Below are positions 11,278 through 21,473 of a stretch of DNA of 64,000 bases, piece after piece. The position numbers and the translations under genes are program-made. Every line of letters starts with the position of its first letter. Positions within the stretch are counted from its first letter, which is position 1. The notes beneath the pieces were generated by a model. It was not told the DNA's origin and searched no databases. It saw only the letters and a list, made by a program, of their open reading frames with translations. This DNA comes from Cyanophora paradoxa CCMP329 (lineage: Eukaryota > Plantae > Glaucophyta), in contig QPMI01000601.1 in the NCBI GenBank assembly GCA_004431415.1, positions 62,001 to 126,000 on the forward strand. The letters are read 5' to 3'.

Positions 11278-11580
11278 AGTTATCATATCATACCTCTCCC
11301 CCGGTTATCATATCATATCATATCATACTTTCCCCCCCAGTTATCATACTTCTCCCCCCAGTTATCATACTTCTCCCCCCAGTTATCATACTTCCCCCAG
11401 TTATCATAATTAATCCCCAGTTATCATAATTCATCCCCAGTTATCATATCATACTTCTCCCCCCAGTTATCATACTTCATCCCCCAGTTATCATATCACA
11501 CTTCTTCCCCCAATGACGTCACGACATATATACCGCATATATACACGTGACGTCACGACATATATACACTATATATACCA
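11278..11580. repeat. ~20-bp minisatellite (CCCCAGTTATCATACTT) followed by duplicated TGACGTCACGACATATATAC
   Basis: About ten imperfect copies between the convergent integrase and patatin genes. TGACGTCA at 11514 and 11548. Confidence 0.85.
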
Positions 11581-11692
11581 AAACCTCCGTAATGCCGGTT
11601 GACCAAGAAAAAAATGTTTGGAAAAAATGTATATATACGTATACATATACATATATATAATCAAAAAAATCGGAAAAAATTCCCTCTCTTTT

Positions 11693-13249
11693 CTATCGTA
11701 TAAATGCGCCCGTCACATCGACTCTCATGGTCGGGGCATTTATATATACCAGCGGATATATTCGTATATATCTTGTTCTCAGTGGGAAACCTATATAGAA
11801 AACATCGTTTATTGCAAGCGGAAAGCCCCCGTTATATGATACATCCCCAGAATTATGTGCATTATTTATATTCTCACATACAAACATTCTATTCACACCT
11901 TCATACTTGATATATGACCATGAAACCCCATCTTGCGATGTTGCAACATTGAAAGTCTTAATAAACGCAGTTGTTATACCTGACCCATAAGCAATTATCG
12001 AAGCGATCTCATATGTATATGGGAATGCTATTTGCAGATATTCTGTTGGCGTTTCCCATACTCCGTTAATTGCGGATGCATTCGCTTCCCATCCAGTTAA
12101 TGATGGGCGGGCTTTAAATGCCTCCTTTCCAAATTTCGCAGACGAAGCGGTAAACGCATTATCAGGTAGAAGATACCAATTAGCATCAATGGGAGGTATG
12201 TTATTAAGAGTGGAAGATATATACGATCTGACAGGGTTATTAATCTCATAATTTGTTACAAGTAAATCACAGAGTCTATTTATCATAGCGTCATTTGCAG
12301 CAATATACGTTTCAGTGAATGCGAGCATTTCAGGTATCTTAGATGTATCATCAAGTGATCGAACTATGTCATTTGGAAGCGGAACAGAAAGACGGAAATA
12401 TCTATTATATCCTTGGTCAAGATTTGGAGGTAGTAATTCTTCCATTTTATCAAGAGCGGATAGTTCGCTTGCAGCCATTAGCATATTAATTAATGGGCTT
12501 CCTTCTGTTGAAGCAATCCATGAAAGAATACCCCAGCTATTCACAGTCTCATAAGCATATCCGAAATATTCAGATTCTAAATTTGCATCAACCTCACCAC
12601 AAGATATACTTATAACTATAATTTCATCATCTTCATTATAAATCTTTTTTGCATGACTATAACCGCATACACTTGGGTTATTGTTTCCTGAAATTGCGCC
12701 ATCAATCAGAGAAGCAATTACGCCATTATTGAAATCTACAATGCTAACAGGTGAAAAGTATGTTGGAGCAGCAGATGTAGCACGCGCTACTATTTTATTC
12801 GGCAAAAAATTGTATTTGTTATCGTTTGTGATAAATATTGGTTTCATATATTGAGTATCAAAAGATGTAATCACAATGTCTTTTAGAGAATCTCTTATGA
12901 GTGATTCACCAGTTACTGAATAAATCGCACTTTCCAGTGGTGTAGCATCGTATTTTGTATTGAAAAGGGCATTTTCAATGATATTTCGCGGATTCGCAAA
13001 AATTAACGGTAACTGTGTAAGATAAATATTATGCAAATCGTTAGCAGTTAGTTTTGGTTCATTGGGTCTCTCAGGATGTCTGATATTTAACCCAATAGCA
13101 ATTATACCACCTGTGGATGTTCCGCTTACAAGATCGACAAGATCTATAATACGTCTACCAGTTCTATTTTCAATTTCTTTTAGCAACCTTGTTATGATAA
13201 TACCACGCGCACCCCCGCCTGATAACGCTAAAACGATCTTCTGAGGCAT
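11693..13249 (-). CDS. Patatin-like phospholipase fused to C-terminal F5/8 type C (discoidin) domain
   Basis: LALSGGGARG, GTSTGG nucleophile elbow, ARATSAAPTYF, IDG. C-terminus has FTASS...W...EYLQI.F...I...G...F.V..S.DG..W...TRYIRIYP......MRVDV.G. Confidence 0.92.
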   Translation of the reverse strand: MPQKIVLALSGGGARGIIITRLLKEIENRTGRRIIDLVDLVSGTSTGGIIAIGLNIRHPERPNEPKLTANDLHNIYLTQLPLIFANPRNIIENALFNTKYDATPLESAIYSVTGESLIRDSLKDIVITSFDTQYMKPIFITNDNKYNFLPNKIVARATSAAPTYFSPVSIVDFNNGVIASLIDGAISGNNNPSVCGYSHAKKIYNEDDEIIVISISCGEVDANLESEYFGYAYETVNSWGILSWIASTEGSPLINMLMAASELSALDKMEELLPPNLDQGYNRYFRLSVPLPNDIVRSLDDTSKIPEMLAFTETYIAANDAMINRLCDLLVTNYEINNPVRSYISSTLNNIPPIDANWYLLPDNAFTASSAKFGKEAFKARPSLTGWEANASAINGVWETPTEYLQIAFPYTYEIASIIAYGSGITTAFIKTFNVATSQDGVSWSYIKYEGVNRMFVCENINNAHNSGDVSYNGGFPLAINDVFYIGFPLRTRYIRIYPLVYINAPTMRVDVTGAFIR

Positions 13250-13298
13250 CTTTACTTTATCGGAATTTAATAAATCTCTATATGTAGAGTAACCAGCG

Positions 13299-16200
13299 AT
13301 GAGTTTTAATTATCCAGCAAATCTACAAACAATACCAGGAAGTGGTGGTAAAACAAACGCGAAACATGTGAATTTCGATAATATCACCATCAAAGGGTCG
13401 GCTTCTATTGATCAGAGCGCAGATAAACCCAGTAAGACGCAATCCAGAGAGCATGCTTTATCGCTGAATCAAACAGACCCAAACAGAGAAGATGTAAGTA
13501 TTGCTTTCAGTTTGGGAGACGTTAAAAAAAACGAAGTTGCCGAAATTAAAGCAACAAGAAGACAACGGAAACTTAAAACAAGTAAAACCCATCCCGATAT
13601 TCCGACGCGTTTCGATAGTGGGCGATTAGTGTTTAATGTTCAAGATGAGAAAGGTAAACAGAATACAGGTCTAAGAATTTATAATGAAGGTAGCACACCA
13701 ATCGTCGAGTCATCACAAATCTTACAAGTAGGTAGTTTTCCTAATGCGAATCAAGTATGTATCACAAATAATGTATACCCAAAAGACATTACTTATGATT
13801 TTGCGAAAAATGAACCTTTTGGGTTTTTTACTCCGAAAGACGTTCACCAACAAAAACCATCAATAACCATTAATAGTAGTCCCACTCAACCAGTAGCGAT
13901 CCATTTACACCCCGATCTTGTCGAAATGGACCGGCACCTTTTACCTTTGGTCACAAACACCAAAGACCTTGGTATTAGAACCCGACAATGGCGAAATATC
14001 CATGGAAGCAATGTCTATGCAAATGGTGAGAAACTTGTTAGTGAGAAAACTTTAAGAGAAATTATAGAACATTACGGACCTAATGGACCAACTGTTCCAT
14101 TTCCTATTCCTTATCCAAATGGACCACCAGATCTTACACCAAAGAAACAACCTGGCAGAGAATACACAGCAGAAGAAGATGTAGCATTTGGGCAACATAT
14201 CGTAAGTTGGGAACAGGTGCGAAACAAACCAATTATCGAACCTAAAAAGCAAATAGATGAACAATATTTACCGCCTGAAATCGATATTTTAGAGATTGAT
14301 GATTACCAATTTGTCCCAGAAGAGGAAGAGTATTTACCTGACGGTTTTGACCCACAGGAATATGAGTATGATCAGTTTGACCCCAATGAGGAGGAGATAC
14401 TACCAGATGGCTTAGATCCACAAGAGTTTGAGTATGAGCAGAACTATGAACCTGATGAGGAGTATTTACCAGATGGTCATGATCCACCAGCTGTTGATTA
14501 TGAGCAACCATATGAACCCCATGAAGAATTATTACCTGATGGATTTCGCCCAGAGATTTGGGAATTCTTTCCTGATTATGAACAAATTAATAATAAACCT
14601 GCAAAGTATCCCCCAGAGGATCACAATCATGATTGGGACGAGATCTTAGGCAAACCTCAAAAGTATCCACCAGAGGATCACAGGCATGATTGGGGTGAAA
14701 TTGATGGAATACCAGAAGAATTTCCACCAAGCAAACATGAACATATTTGGGATGAGATTAATGACCAACCAGAGTTTGCAAAAGTGGAGCCTTTGGCAAC
14801 CCTAGGGGTTTCTCTTTACCAGACTTGCAATGTCCCTGAAAGGATCTTTTTGAATGAACACTATGTTCATGTGAATGGGACACTTGCGAATTCAGCTATG
14901 AGAGGACCACTTCATATTAGGACATTACCAGGCTCTTTTGAAACCCCACCACCACCAGGAGCAACCATACCAAATATCTTTGTGTCAAGCTACATGGAGG
15001 CTGACATTCCCACAGATACATTCAGAGTCCCAACAGACCCAGCAACCTACCAAAATTACAACTCTGCTATACAGGTTCATGTAGCAGATGTAAGCAGCTT
15101 AGATGGTTCAAGACCAATGATAGTATTCAGCAGAGATAAGTATTCCTACATTCCCATAGTGGGAACTGCAAATGATAATTATGGAAGGGCAGAGCTTGCA
15201 TGGATTAAAACAGATTATGGTGGGGTTCTGGAAGCCAATCAGAGGATGGCTGCAAAAAACATTCACAACGAAAATATATCGAGAGTGGTAACAGAAGATT
15301 ACCTAACGGCTGTAATTCTCGTTAATTTTGTTACTCTTGCGATGCTTGGAAATTATGTAACAAAACCTGAACTTGCCGCGGAATTATCAAAATATCTTCC
15401 GCTTGTTGGTGGGACAATCACAGGAAACCTTACAGTTAATAGTAATATTTACAGTAGCAATATTGAGACCAGCAACCTAAAAGTGAATGGAATTCTTACA
15501 GTTGGTTCAGGCAATTTTAATACCATGAACCAACTTTACAGGGAATGGTATTCTATCACAGCAAGTAACGATCCCGCTTCTAATATTCCAAATTGCCTTT
15601 TTGCATGGAAAGCCTCAGGAGTTCATGGTCAAAATGCTGCCTCATCAATTCTTTACAATAGAGTTTCCTCAATCGTTCCATCTATAACTGTTAGTTCCAC
15701 AGGAAGTCCCTACTACTCATCCAATATCGCTATAAATAATCAGATGACTTTAACAAGCGATTCAGGGTCATACTTAGCAAATTCAACGACGACAAGAACA
15801 TTTGATTGGTCACAAGGTTTGACATTCTTCTATATTGGTAGATATCATTTAACAAGCACAAGTTCTTCTCATACTCATTTACGAGTGGTAAAATCAATAT
15901 CGCCAAGGCGAGATGCTTACTATGGAGTAAGAGGCTCAACAGTTTTGGGAACAACGGCTTTTGGTATAAATGGTGTTCCACAACCTAACATTAGTTTCAA
16001 TATTCCATCTTTGGTAAATAAATGGTATTACTCAGACCAAACCATAACTTCTACAAGCTACACAGTTGGGCTAAATGGTGTGGATGTGGGAACTCTCACA
16101 GGAATTAATAATTATTTACCTGATTCTACTATCAACGATTTTGGAATTGGTTCAATCACAGGTGGAAGCATTGCTGAAATTATTGTATTCAACAGAGCAT

Positions 16201-19200
16201 TAACCGCAGCAGAAAAACAACAAGTGAGATACTATATCCAACAAATGTATGGATTTCCAATTACTCAACCTCTCAATATCTACAGAGGGTTAAAGATCAC
16301 ATCACCAGATACAGTGATTGATTATCTCACTGTAACAAGTAATGCGAATTTACCACACCATCCAACATCAAATGTGGTTCAAGGTTGGATACAAAACCAC
16401 ACACACACGAAAGCGCAAATTACAGATTTCGCCCATACGCACACCAAAGATCAGATCACAGATTTTGCCCATACTCACACCAAAGATCAGATCACAGATT
16501 TTGCCCATACTCACACAAAAGATCAAATAACAGATTTTGCCCATACTCACACAAAAGATCAAATAACAGATTTCGCCCATACTCATTTATGGGAGCATAT
16601 CACAAATCCTCCCTTAACCTTCCCACCTGATTCACATACTCATGATTATTCTGAAATTACAAACTCTAACCACAGGCACCCATGGAGCGAAATAGATGAG
16701 CAACCAAAATTCGCATCAGCAGGAAATTTATTAACAGATTTCCAATTTGGTGTAAGTCTCTACCAAAAGATAGACATTGCCGAAAGGTTACAATTAAATG
16801 ACTATTACGTTAATCGAAAAGGAATTGAAGCAGGCACCACAATGGATGGCGAATTATACATTAAACAACCTTCAAGATCTCAAATGGTTTCAGCAGGTGG
16901 GGTGGGGGTTATAGATACCAAACCAGGTCTGTTTTTGACAAGTTATTATAATGATGATATTCCATTAACAGCAGGTTTACCACCACTTCCATTAGATCCA
17001 GTGAGTTATGATGATAAAGACGCCATTTTACAAGTGAACGTTACAGATGTAAGCGCAACCGATGGATCAAGACCGAAAATAATATTTAGTCGCTCGAAAT
17101 TCAATTATGCACCACTTGTGGGACAACCAAAAGATGATTTCGGGAAATGTGAGATGGCGTGGATCAAAACATTAGCAGGTGGCGCCCTTGAAGTCAATCA
17201 GAGAATGGCGGCAAAAAATTTACACAATGAAACCCTTTCGGGTGTAGTCACAGATGATTACCTTGAAAGCAAAAATTATGTAGATGATACAGAACTTGCA
17301 GCAGTTCTTGAAGATTATGTGACAAAATCAGAACTTGATGTATATGTGACTGAACCTGAACTTAATGTAGCATTATCTAATTATCTTCCTCTCACAGGTG
17401 GAACCATCACCAGCAACTTGGTTGTGACAAGCAACCTAACAGTTGGAGGGAAAATACAGATGGGAACAGGAAGCATATTTGAGATTAAGAATGATTATTA
17501 CTATCGAATCACTTCCAATTTTGATCCCGCTTCTAACATTCCCAATTGCCTTTTTGCATGGAAAGCATCAGGGACAGAAGGGCAATCAGCAACAGGAACT
17601 TCCATTTTTAATCGAATCTCATCAAGTATTCCATCACTTCCTGTTATTGGAAGTCCTTATTATGCATCAGATATTGCTATTAACAATCAAATGAGTTTAA
17701 CAATTGAACAAGCTAACAACTTTGCAATATATTCTATTATAACTCGAACTATTGATTACTCAGCCGGGTTAACCTTTTTCTTTGTTGGAAGATATGGAAG
17801 AGCAACAAGTGGGGCAGATTTCCATTTTAGATGTGAGAAATCAGCAGCTCCAAATAGACAATTGCGTTATGGAACAGTTACGTGGTCTTCAATTGGTATC
17901 AGCTCATTCGTAATTAATGGTGTAAGTCAAACAAGACCTTCATTTACTGTTCCATCTTTTGCAAATCAATGGTATTACTCTGACCAAACCATAACAGCAG
18001 ATAGCTACACAGTAGGATTTAATGGAGTTGATATTGGGACAACCACAGGAACCAATTATTTACCCGATTCAACAGTGAATCTTTTTGGAACGGGTTCTCT
18101 CTTTGGAGGTAGCATTGCTGAGATTATTGTATTTAACAGAGCATTAACCGCAGCAGAAAAACAAGAAGTAAGGTATTACATTCAACAAATGTATGGTTTC
18201 CCCAATACTCAACCAATCTTAACTCGGGAAACTCTTAATATTGTAGGAAAAGACAGATTAACACTTAGCAATTTGGAAATACCCACACACACTCACACAA
18301 AATCACAAATAACAGATTTTGCCCACACACATTCCCGATTAGAGATTCCAGATTTTGCTCATGTTCACACAAAAGATGAGATTTCAGATTTTGACCACAC
18401 ACATACATGGAACAGTATAACAGATAAGCCTGTAACATTTACACCTTCACCACATCCACATTTATGGAGTCATATTACGGATAGACCCACCTTATCAGCA
18501 GTTGCAACAAGCGGAAATTATGATGATTTAATTAATAAACCAACATATACAGCACCCACAAATTTCGATGCTACAAGTGGTATTTCCACAGACTACACAG
18601 GAGATTGGAGAGGTTACATCGGGCAACCATTGGAGGAGACAGACACTTGGGCAAACACATGGGTTGATGGTGATTTTGATTGTAGTAGCTGTAAGATGTA
18701 TTGGACTGTCCCAGCAGGAATGAAATCATGTTATATCTATTATACCTGTCAGTATAACAGTAGATACTTTGATGTAGTGGGAATTGATTCATCGACAAAT
18801 ACTTATGTTTATTCAAGAGTAAATGCCTATGCTCCTGCTATTCAGCCTTCTCAATATAAACAGTTTGTTGGAATAAATTGTGAAGGACTTGTTAAAGTTG
18901 GTGTTCATGGACAAATAGGAAGAATTTATCTTCCAGGTCCGATTACTGTTGGTTGGAGCAAAAACCCCGCTGTGTCGTCACACAGTGGTTACTTCCATTG
19001 GGATAATATCTACGGAAAGCCAACAGCTTCTACGTCTGTCGGTCCTCATTCCCACACTAAATCAGAAATTACAGATTTTGCACATACACACACAAAGGCA
19101 AATATTACAGATTTTGCCCATACTCACACTAAATCAGAAATCACGGATTTCCCAACCTTAGACCCATTTGTAGCAAATACGATCACAGCAAATAATACCA

Positions 19201-19697
19201 TGTATGTGGGATCCGGTCAAATTTACCAACCAGACTCTCCTTTATTCTACGAACAGTGGTTCTTCCACAATTCCGCGAACATATACGATAAAACACTATT
19301 ATGTCGTGGCAATGCTTACGCAAGAGCATACTATGCGATGGATGAAAAAGACAATGGTAAGATTGCGAAACTTGTCTCAGAACAACGGGTCAATAAAGAC
19401 CAGTATATACAGACAGGGAGTTTTTCAAAATCCTTAGCAATCACAGGTCCGGGTCATTGGGGATTTCCACAAGTTGTCACATTCCCAAAAGCGTTTGCAG
19501 AAGCCCCAGCAGTCGTTCTCAATTTAAGAGATGGGTATAATGGTGGTTCATATGTATTGGTATATGGTGTCACAAGTTCCACAACAACAACATTTACTAT
19601 TTATGCAACAATTTCGGCAAATAGAGAATACAATGAAAGCATTGGACTTTTCCACTATCAAATGACTTATATTGCAACAGGGAAGATGGTAGCATAG
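13299..19697 (+). CDS. Large fibre/adhesin-like virion protein (2132 aa) with duplicated LamG/ConA-like modules
   Basis: Phage-tail-like HTHTKDQITDFA and LSAVATSGNYDDL repeats. Two ~510-aa modules each end GGSIAEIIVFNRALTAAEKQ. YLPL.GGTIT repeats; C-terminal VTFPKAFAEAPAVV. N-terminus homologous to the element B fibre. Confidence 0.8.
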   Translation: MSFNYPANLQTIPGSGGKTNAKHVNFDNITIKGSASIDQSADKPSKTQSREHALSLNQTDPNREDVSIAFSLGDVKKNEVAEIKATRRQRKLKTSKTHPDIPTRFDSGRLVFNVQDEKGKQNTGLRIYNEGSTPIVESSQILQVGSFPNANQVCITNNVYPKDITYDFAKNEPFGFFTPKDVHQQKPSITINSSPTQPVAIHLHPDLVEMDRHLLPLVTNTKDLGIRTRQWRNIHGSNVYANGEKLVSEKTLREIIEHYGPNGPTVPFPIPYPNGPPDLTPKKQPGREYTAEEDVAFGQHIVSWEQVRNKPIIEPKKQIDEQYLPPEIDILEIDDYQFVPEEEEYLPDGFDPQEYEYDQFDPNEEEILPDGLDPQEFEYEQNYEPDEEYLPDGHDPPAVDYEQPYEPHEELLPDGFRPEIWEFFPDYEQINNKPAKYPPEDHNHDWDEILGKPQKYPPEDHRHDWGEIDGIPEEFPPSKHEHIWDEINDQPEFAKVEPLATLGVSLYQTCNVPERIFLNEHYVHVNGTLANSAMRGPLHIRTLPGSFETPPPPGATIPNIFVSSYMEADIPTDTFRVPTDPATYQNYNSAIQVHVADVSSLDGSRPMIVFSRDKYSYIPIVGTANDNYGRAELAWIKTDYGGVLEANQRMAAKNIHNENISRVVTEDYLTAVILVNFVTLAMLGNYVTKPELAAELSKYLPLVGGTITGNLTVNSNIYSSNIETSNLKVNGILTVGSGNFNTMNQLYREWYSITASNDPASNIPNCLFAWKASGVHGQNAASSILYNRVSSIVPSITVSSTGSPYYSSNIAINNQMTLTSDSGSYLANSTTTRTFDWSQGLTFFYIGRYHLTSTSSSHTHLRVVKSISPRRDAYYGVRGSTVLGTTAFGINGVPQPNISFNIPSLVNKWYYSDQTITSTSYTVGLNGVDVGTLTGINNYLPDSTINDFGIGSITGGSIAEIIVFNRALTAAEKQQVRYYIQQMYGFPITQPLNIYRGLKITSPDTVIDYLTVTSNANLPHHPTSNVVQGWIQNHTHTKAQITDFAHTHTKDQITDFAHTHTKDQITDFAHTHTKDQITDFAHTHTKDQITDFAHTHLWEHITNPPLTFPPDSHTHDYSEITNSNHRHPWSEIDEQPKFASAGNLLTDFQFGVSLYQKIDIAERLQLNDYYVNRKGIEAGTTMDGELYIKQPSRSQMVSAGGVGVIDTKPGLFLTSYYNDDIPLTAGLPPLPLDPVSYDDKDAILQVNVTDVSATDGSRPKIIFSRSKFNYAPLVGQPKDDFGKCEMAWIKTLAGGALEVNQRMAAKNLHNETLSGVVTDDYLESKNYVDDTELAAVLEDYVTKSELDVYVTEPELNVALSNYLPLTGGTITSNLVVTSNLTVGGKIQMGTGSIFEIKNDYYYRITSNFDPASNIPNCLFAWKASGTEGQSATGTSIFNRISSSIPSLPVIGSPYYASDIAINNQMSLTIEQANNFAIYSIITRTIDYSAGLTFFFVGRYGRATSGADFHFRCEKSAAPNRQLRYGTVTWSSIGISSFVINGVSQTRPSFTVPSFANQWYYSDQTITADSYTVGFNGVDIGTTTGTNYLPDSTVNLFGTGSLFGGSIAEIIVFNRALTAAEKQEVRYYIQQMYGFPNTQPILTRETLNIVGKDRLTLSNLEIPTHTHTKSQITDFAHTHSRLEIPDFAHVHTKDEISDFDHTHTWNSITDKPVTFTPSPHPHLWSHITDRPTLSAVATSGNYDDLINKPTYTAPTNFDATSGISTDYTGDWRGYIGQPLEETDTWANTWVDGDFDCSSCKMYWTVPAGMKSCYIYYTCQYNSRYFDVVGIDSSTNTYVYSRVNAYAPAIQPSQYKQFVGINCEGLVKVGVHGQIGRIYLPGPITVGWSKNPAVSSHSGYFHWDNIYGKPTASTSVGPHSHTKSEITDFAHTHTKANITDFAHTHTKSEITDFPTLDPFVANTITANNTMYVGSGQIYQPDSPLFYEQWFFHNSANIYDKTLLCRGNAYARAYYAMDEKDNGKIAKLVSEQRVNKDQYIQTGSFSKSLAITGPGHWGFPQVVTFPKAFAEAPAVVLNLRDGYNGGSYVLVYGVTSSTTTTFTIYATISANREYNESIGLFHYQMTYIATGKMVA
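16398..16586 (+). repeat. 36-bp coding tandem repeat (HTHTKDQITDFA x5)
   Basis: Directly visible; further copies near 18290-18410 and 19047-19150. Confidence 0.9.
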
Positions 19698-19737
19698 ATA
19701 TTCGTTTATTTTTCTATCCTTCTTAGTAAAAGAAGCA

Positions 19738-20592
19738 ATGGGTGAATACAATCGAGTTCAACTGCCCATTTATTCGCTTGGATCGCCAGCTATGCACTTT
19801 CGACAACATGAAGTTAATGATGAAGTCCGCGGTTTAGAATCCACAGAGAGACCCAATTCTAATGGTAACTCCTTTGATAAAAACTCGATAATTCGTGTAA
19901 AAGAACTCCGAGCCGATAAGAATTCGGGTGTAGTTAAAACCACACGACTACTTGTAACAAATGCTAACTTCTTTCAACCGACAAATGGAGGTCCTGATGC
20001 ATACAGTGTGGATTTAAAAGCCCTCGATTTCGATAAGAATTCTGCCGCTGCTACAATTCGTTCAGGTGGAGCGTTTATTGGCGGTGGTTGTCGTGTATCC
20101 GGTCAACTTTCTTCATCGATTTCGTATAATGATGTCCCAGATACTCTTGAACAGAATGTTGAAGACCCCCAACGAATACGTTTCTATACACCAGTTGCAC
20201 AGCAACCTTTTCTACATTTCTATGTTGCTTCCTCTGTCACTCTTGAAAATTCGGAATTGGTTATTATAACAGGAACTGATCGAGTAAGAAGAAATATTCC
20301 GCTTCCCACAGCAATGCTATCTATGTGCAGAGCAAACAACAATCAAACAGGTCATAATTACCTATTCTTTGTTCAAGCATCAAACCATTTCGGTCGAGGA
20401 TATTGTGTTTATAACAATTTGACATTTACCTATGATTTGTTTGTAACTGAGGTTGGAGTTTACAATACTATGATTATGGGACTGAGGACAGATATAGCAG
20501 CTGTTTCGGCACTTCGAGGGGTAAACGTTGCAGATATCTTCACAACAGGGTTTTATTCGGAACCAGATATAATCGATGACCCCACCCCATAA
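19738..20592 (+). CDS. Putative structural protein, paralog family with 20616, 59880 and 60364
   Basis: Shared N-terminal domain SL..PA.H..QH...D.V.GL.STE...N.F......R..ELR.DK..G.VKTT.LLVTNANF...GGA.IG.G. Confidence 0.7.
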   Translation: MGEYNRVQLPIYSLGSPAMHFRQHEVNDEVRGLESTERPNSNGNSFDKNSIIRVKELRADKNSGVVKTTRLLVTNANFFQPTNGGPDAYSVDLKALDFDKNSAAATIRSGGAFIGGGCRVSGQLSSSISYNDVPDTLEQNVEDPQRIRFYTPVAQQPFLHFYVASSVTLENSELVIITGTDRVRRNIPLPTAMLSMCRANNNQTGHNYLFFVQASNHFGRGYCVYNNLTFTYDLFVTEVGVYNTMIMGLRTDIAAVSALRGVNVADIFTTGFYSEPDIIDDPTP

Positions 20593-20615
20593 AAGATATA
20601 TCCCTTTAATGTAAA

Positions 20616-21446
20616 ATGGCTGCCCCAATACCAGAACGAATTATTACACCCCAACTCTCATTAGCAGCACCTGCGAATCACGTTTTGCAGCATGCTACCT
20701 TTGATGATGTAGAAGGTCTCCAATCCACAGAAGTGCAACCTACCATGAATACATTTGGTTCCACCCACAAACTGAGATTGCAGGAACTCAGGTGTGATAA
20801 AAATAATGGTATAGTTAAGACAACGAAACTCCTTGTCACAAATGCAAACTTTTCTGCCCACTATGGAGACCCAGACAGTTATGGTGATCCTCTTTCTACT
20901 TATTCTTTTGAATCTCGGTCGGGAGCTATTAACTGCAAAACGGGGGGAGCATATATTGGTGATGGTCTTCGGATTGGTGGAGCTGTTGGTGCGCCTCTTT
21001 TCGTAAATGATCAACCCAATCCCATTGATCCCAACACCAGAATTCGCACCTATGTCCCCAGTATGAATGCACCATATATTATCAAGATCTTCCCAATTGT
21101 TGTGAATGAGCAGACATCAGTAGTTGATTCTCTTGTTGAGATTGGTGACCACTACAAGGTGGTTGTCGATATCCCACCAGATGTTTATGCTGTCTGTCAA
21201 GTAGAGGGTGGAACCCCAAATATTGCAGTTGTGATCACGCCATATGACAATTTCGGAATTGCTTATCATGGAGTGAATTTCGGTCTTGAAGATTACCAGT
21301 TCTTGGTGAGAGCCACCAGGTTTGGTATCTACAAATGCATTCTCTATGCTGAAAGAACCGATGCTATCGCAAAACAGAATACATATGCAGAATATTACGG
21401 CACAAATCGCTACTTCCCCATTTTCGGGCAGGATACTGCTCCATAG
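20616..21446 (+). CDS. Putative structural protein, same family; near-identical to 60364..61198
   Basis: 276-aa ORF whose protein is almost identical to the element B copy, with mostly synonymous differences. Confidence 0.8.
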   Translation: MAAPIPERIITPQLSLAAPANHVLQHATFDDVEGLQSTEVQPTMNTFGSTHKLRLQELRCDKNNGIVKTTKLLVTNANFSAHYGDPDSYGDPLSTYSFESRSGAINCKTGGAYIGDGLRIGGAVGAPLFVNDQPNPIDPNTRIRTYVPSMNAPYIIKIFPIVVNEQTSVVDSLVEIGDHYKVVVDIPPDVYAVCQVEGGTPNIAVVITPYDNFGIAYHGVNFGLEDYQFLVRATRFGIYKCILYAERTDAIAKQNTYAEYYGTNRYFPIFGQDTAP

Positions 21447-21473
21447 AAATCTCAGGTATATATAGAGAGAGGG

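Noticed and set aside
11201-11910. Short ORFs over the minisatellite and antisense to patatin
   Set aside because: Low-complexity repeat translations or shadow ORFs.
13299-19697. Prophage or bacterial origin suggested by tail-fibre repeats and speD, or a diversity-generating retroelement acting on the fibre
   Set aside because: The A32 ATPase, jelly-roll capsids, pPolB, rve integrase and LINE indicate a eukaryotic PLV. The RT is LINE-type with APE, and no adenine-specific TR/VR pair was seen.
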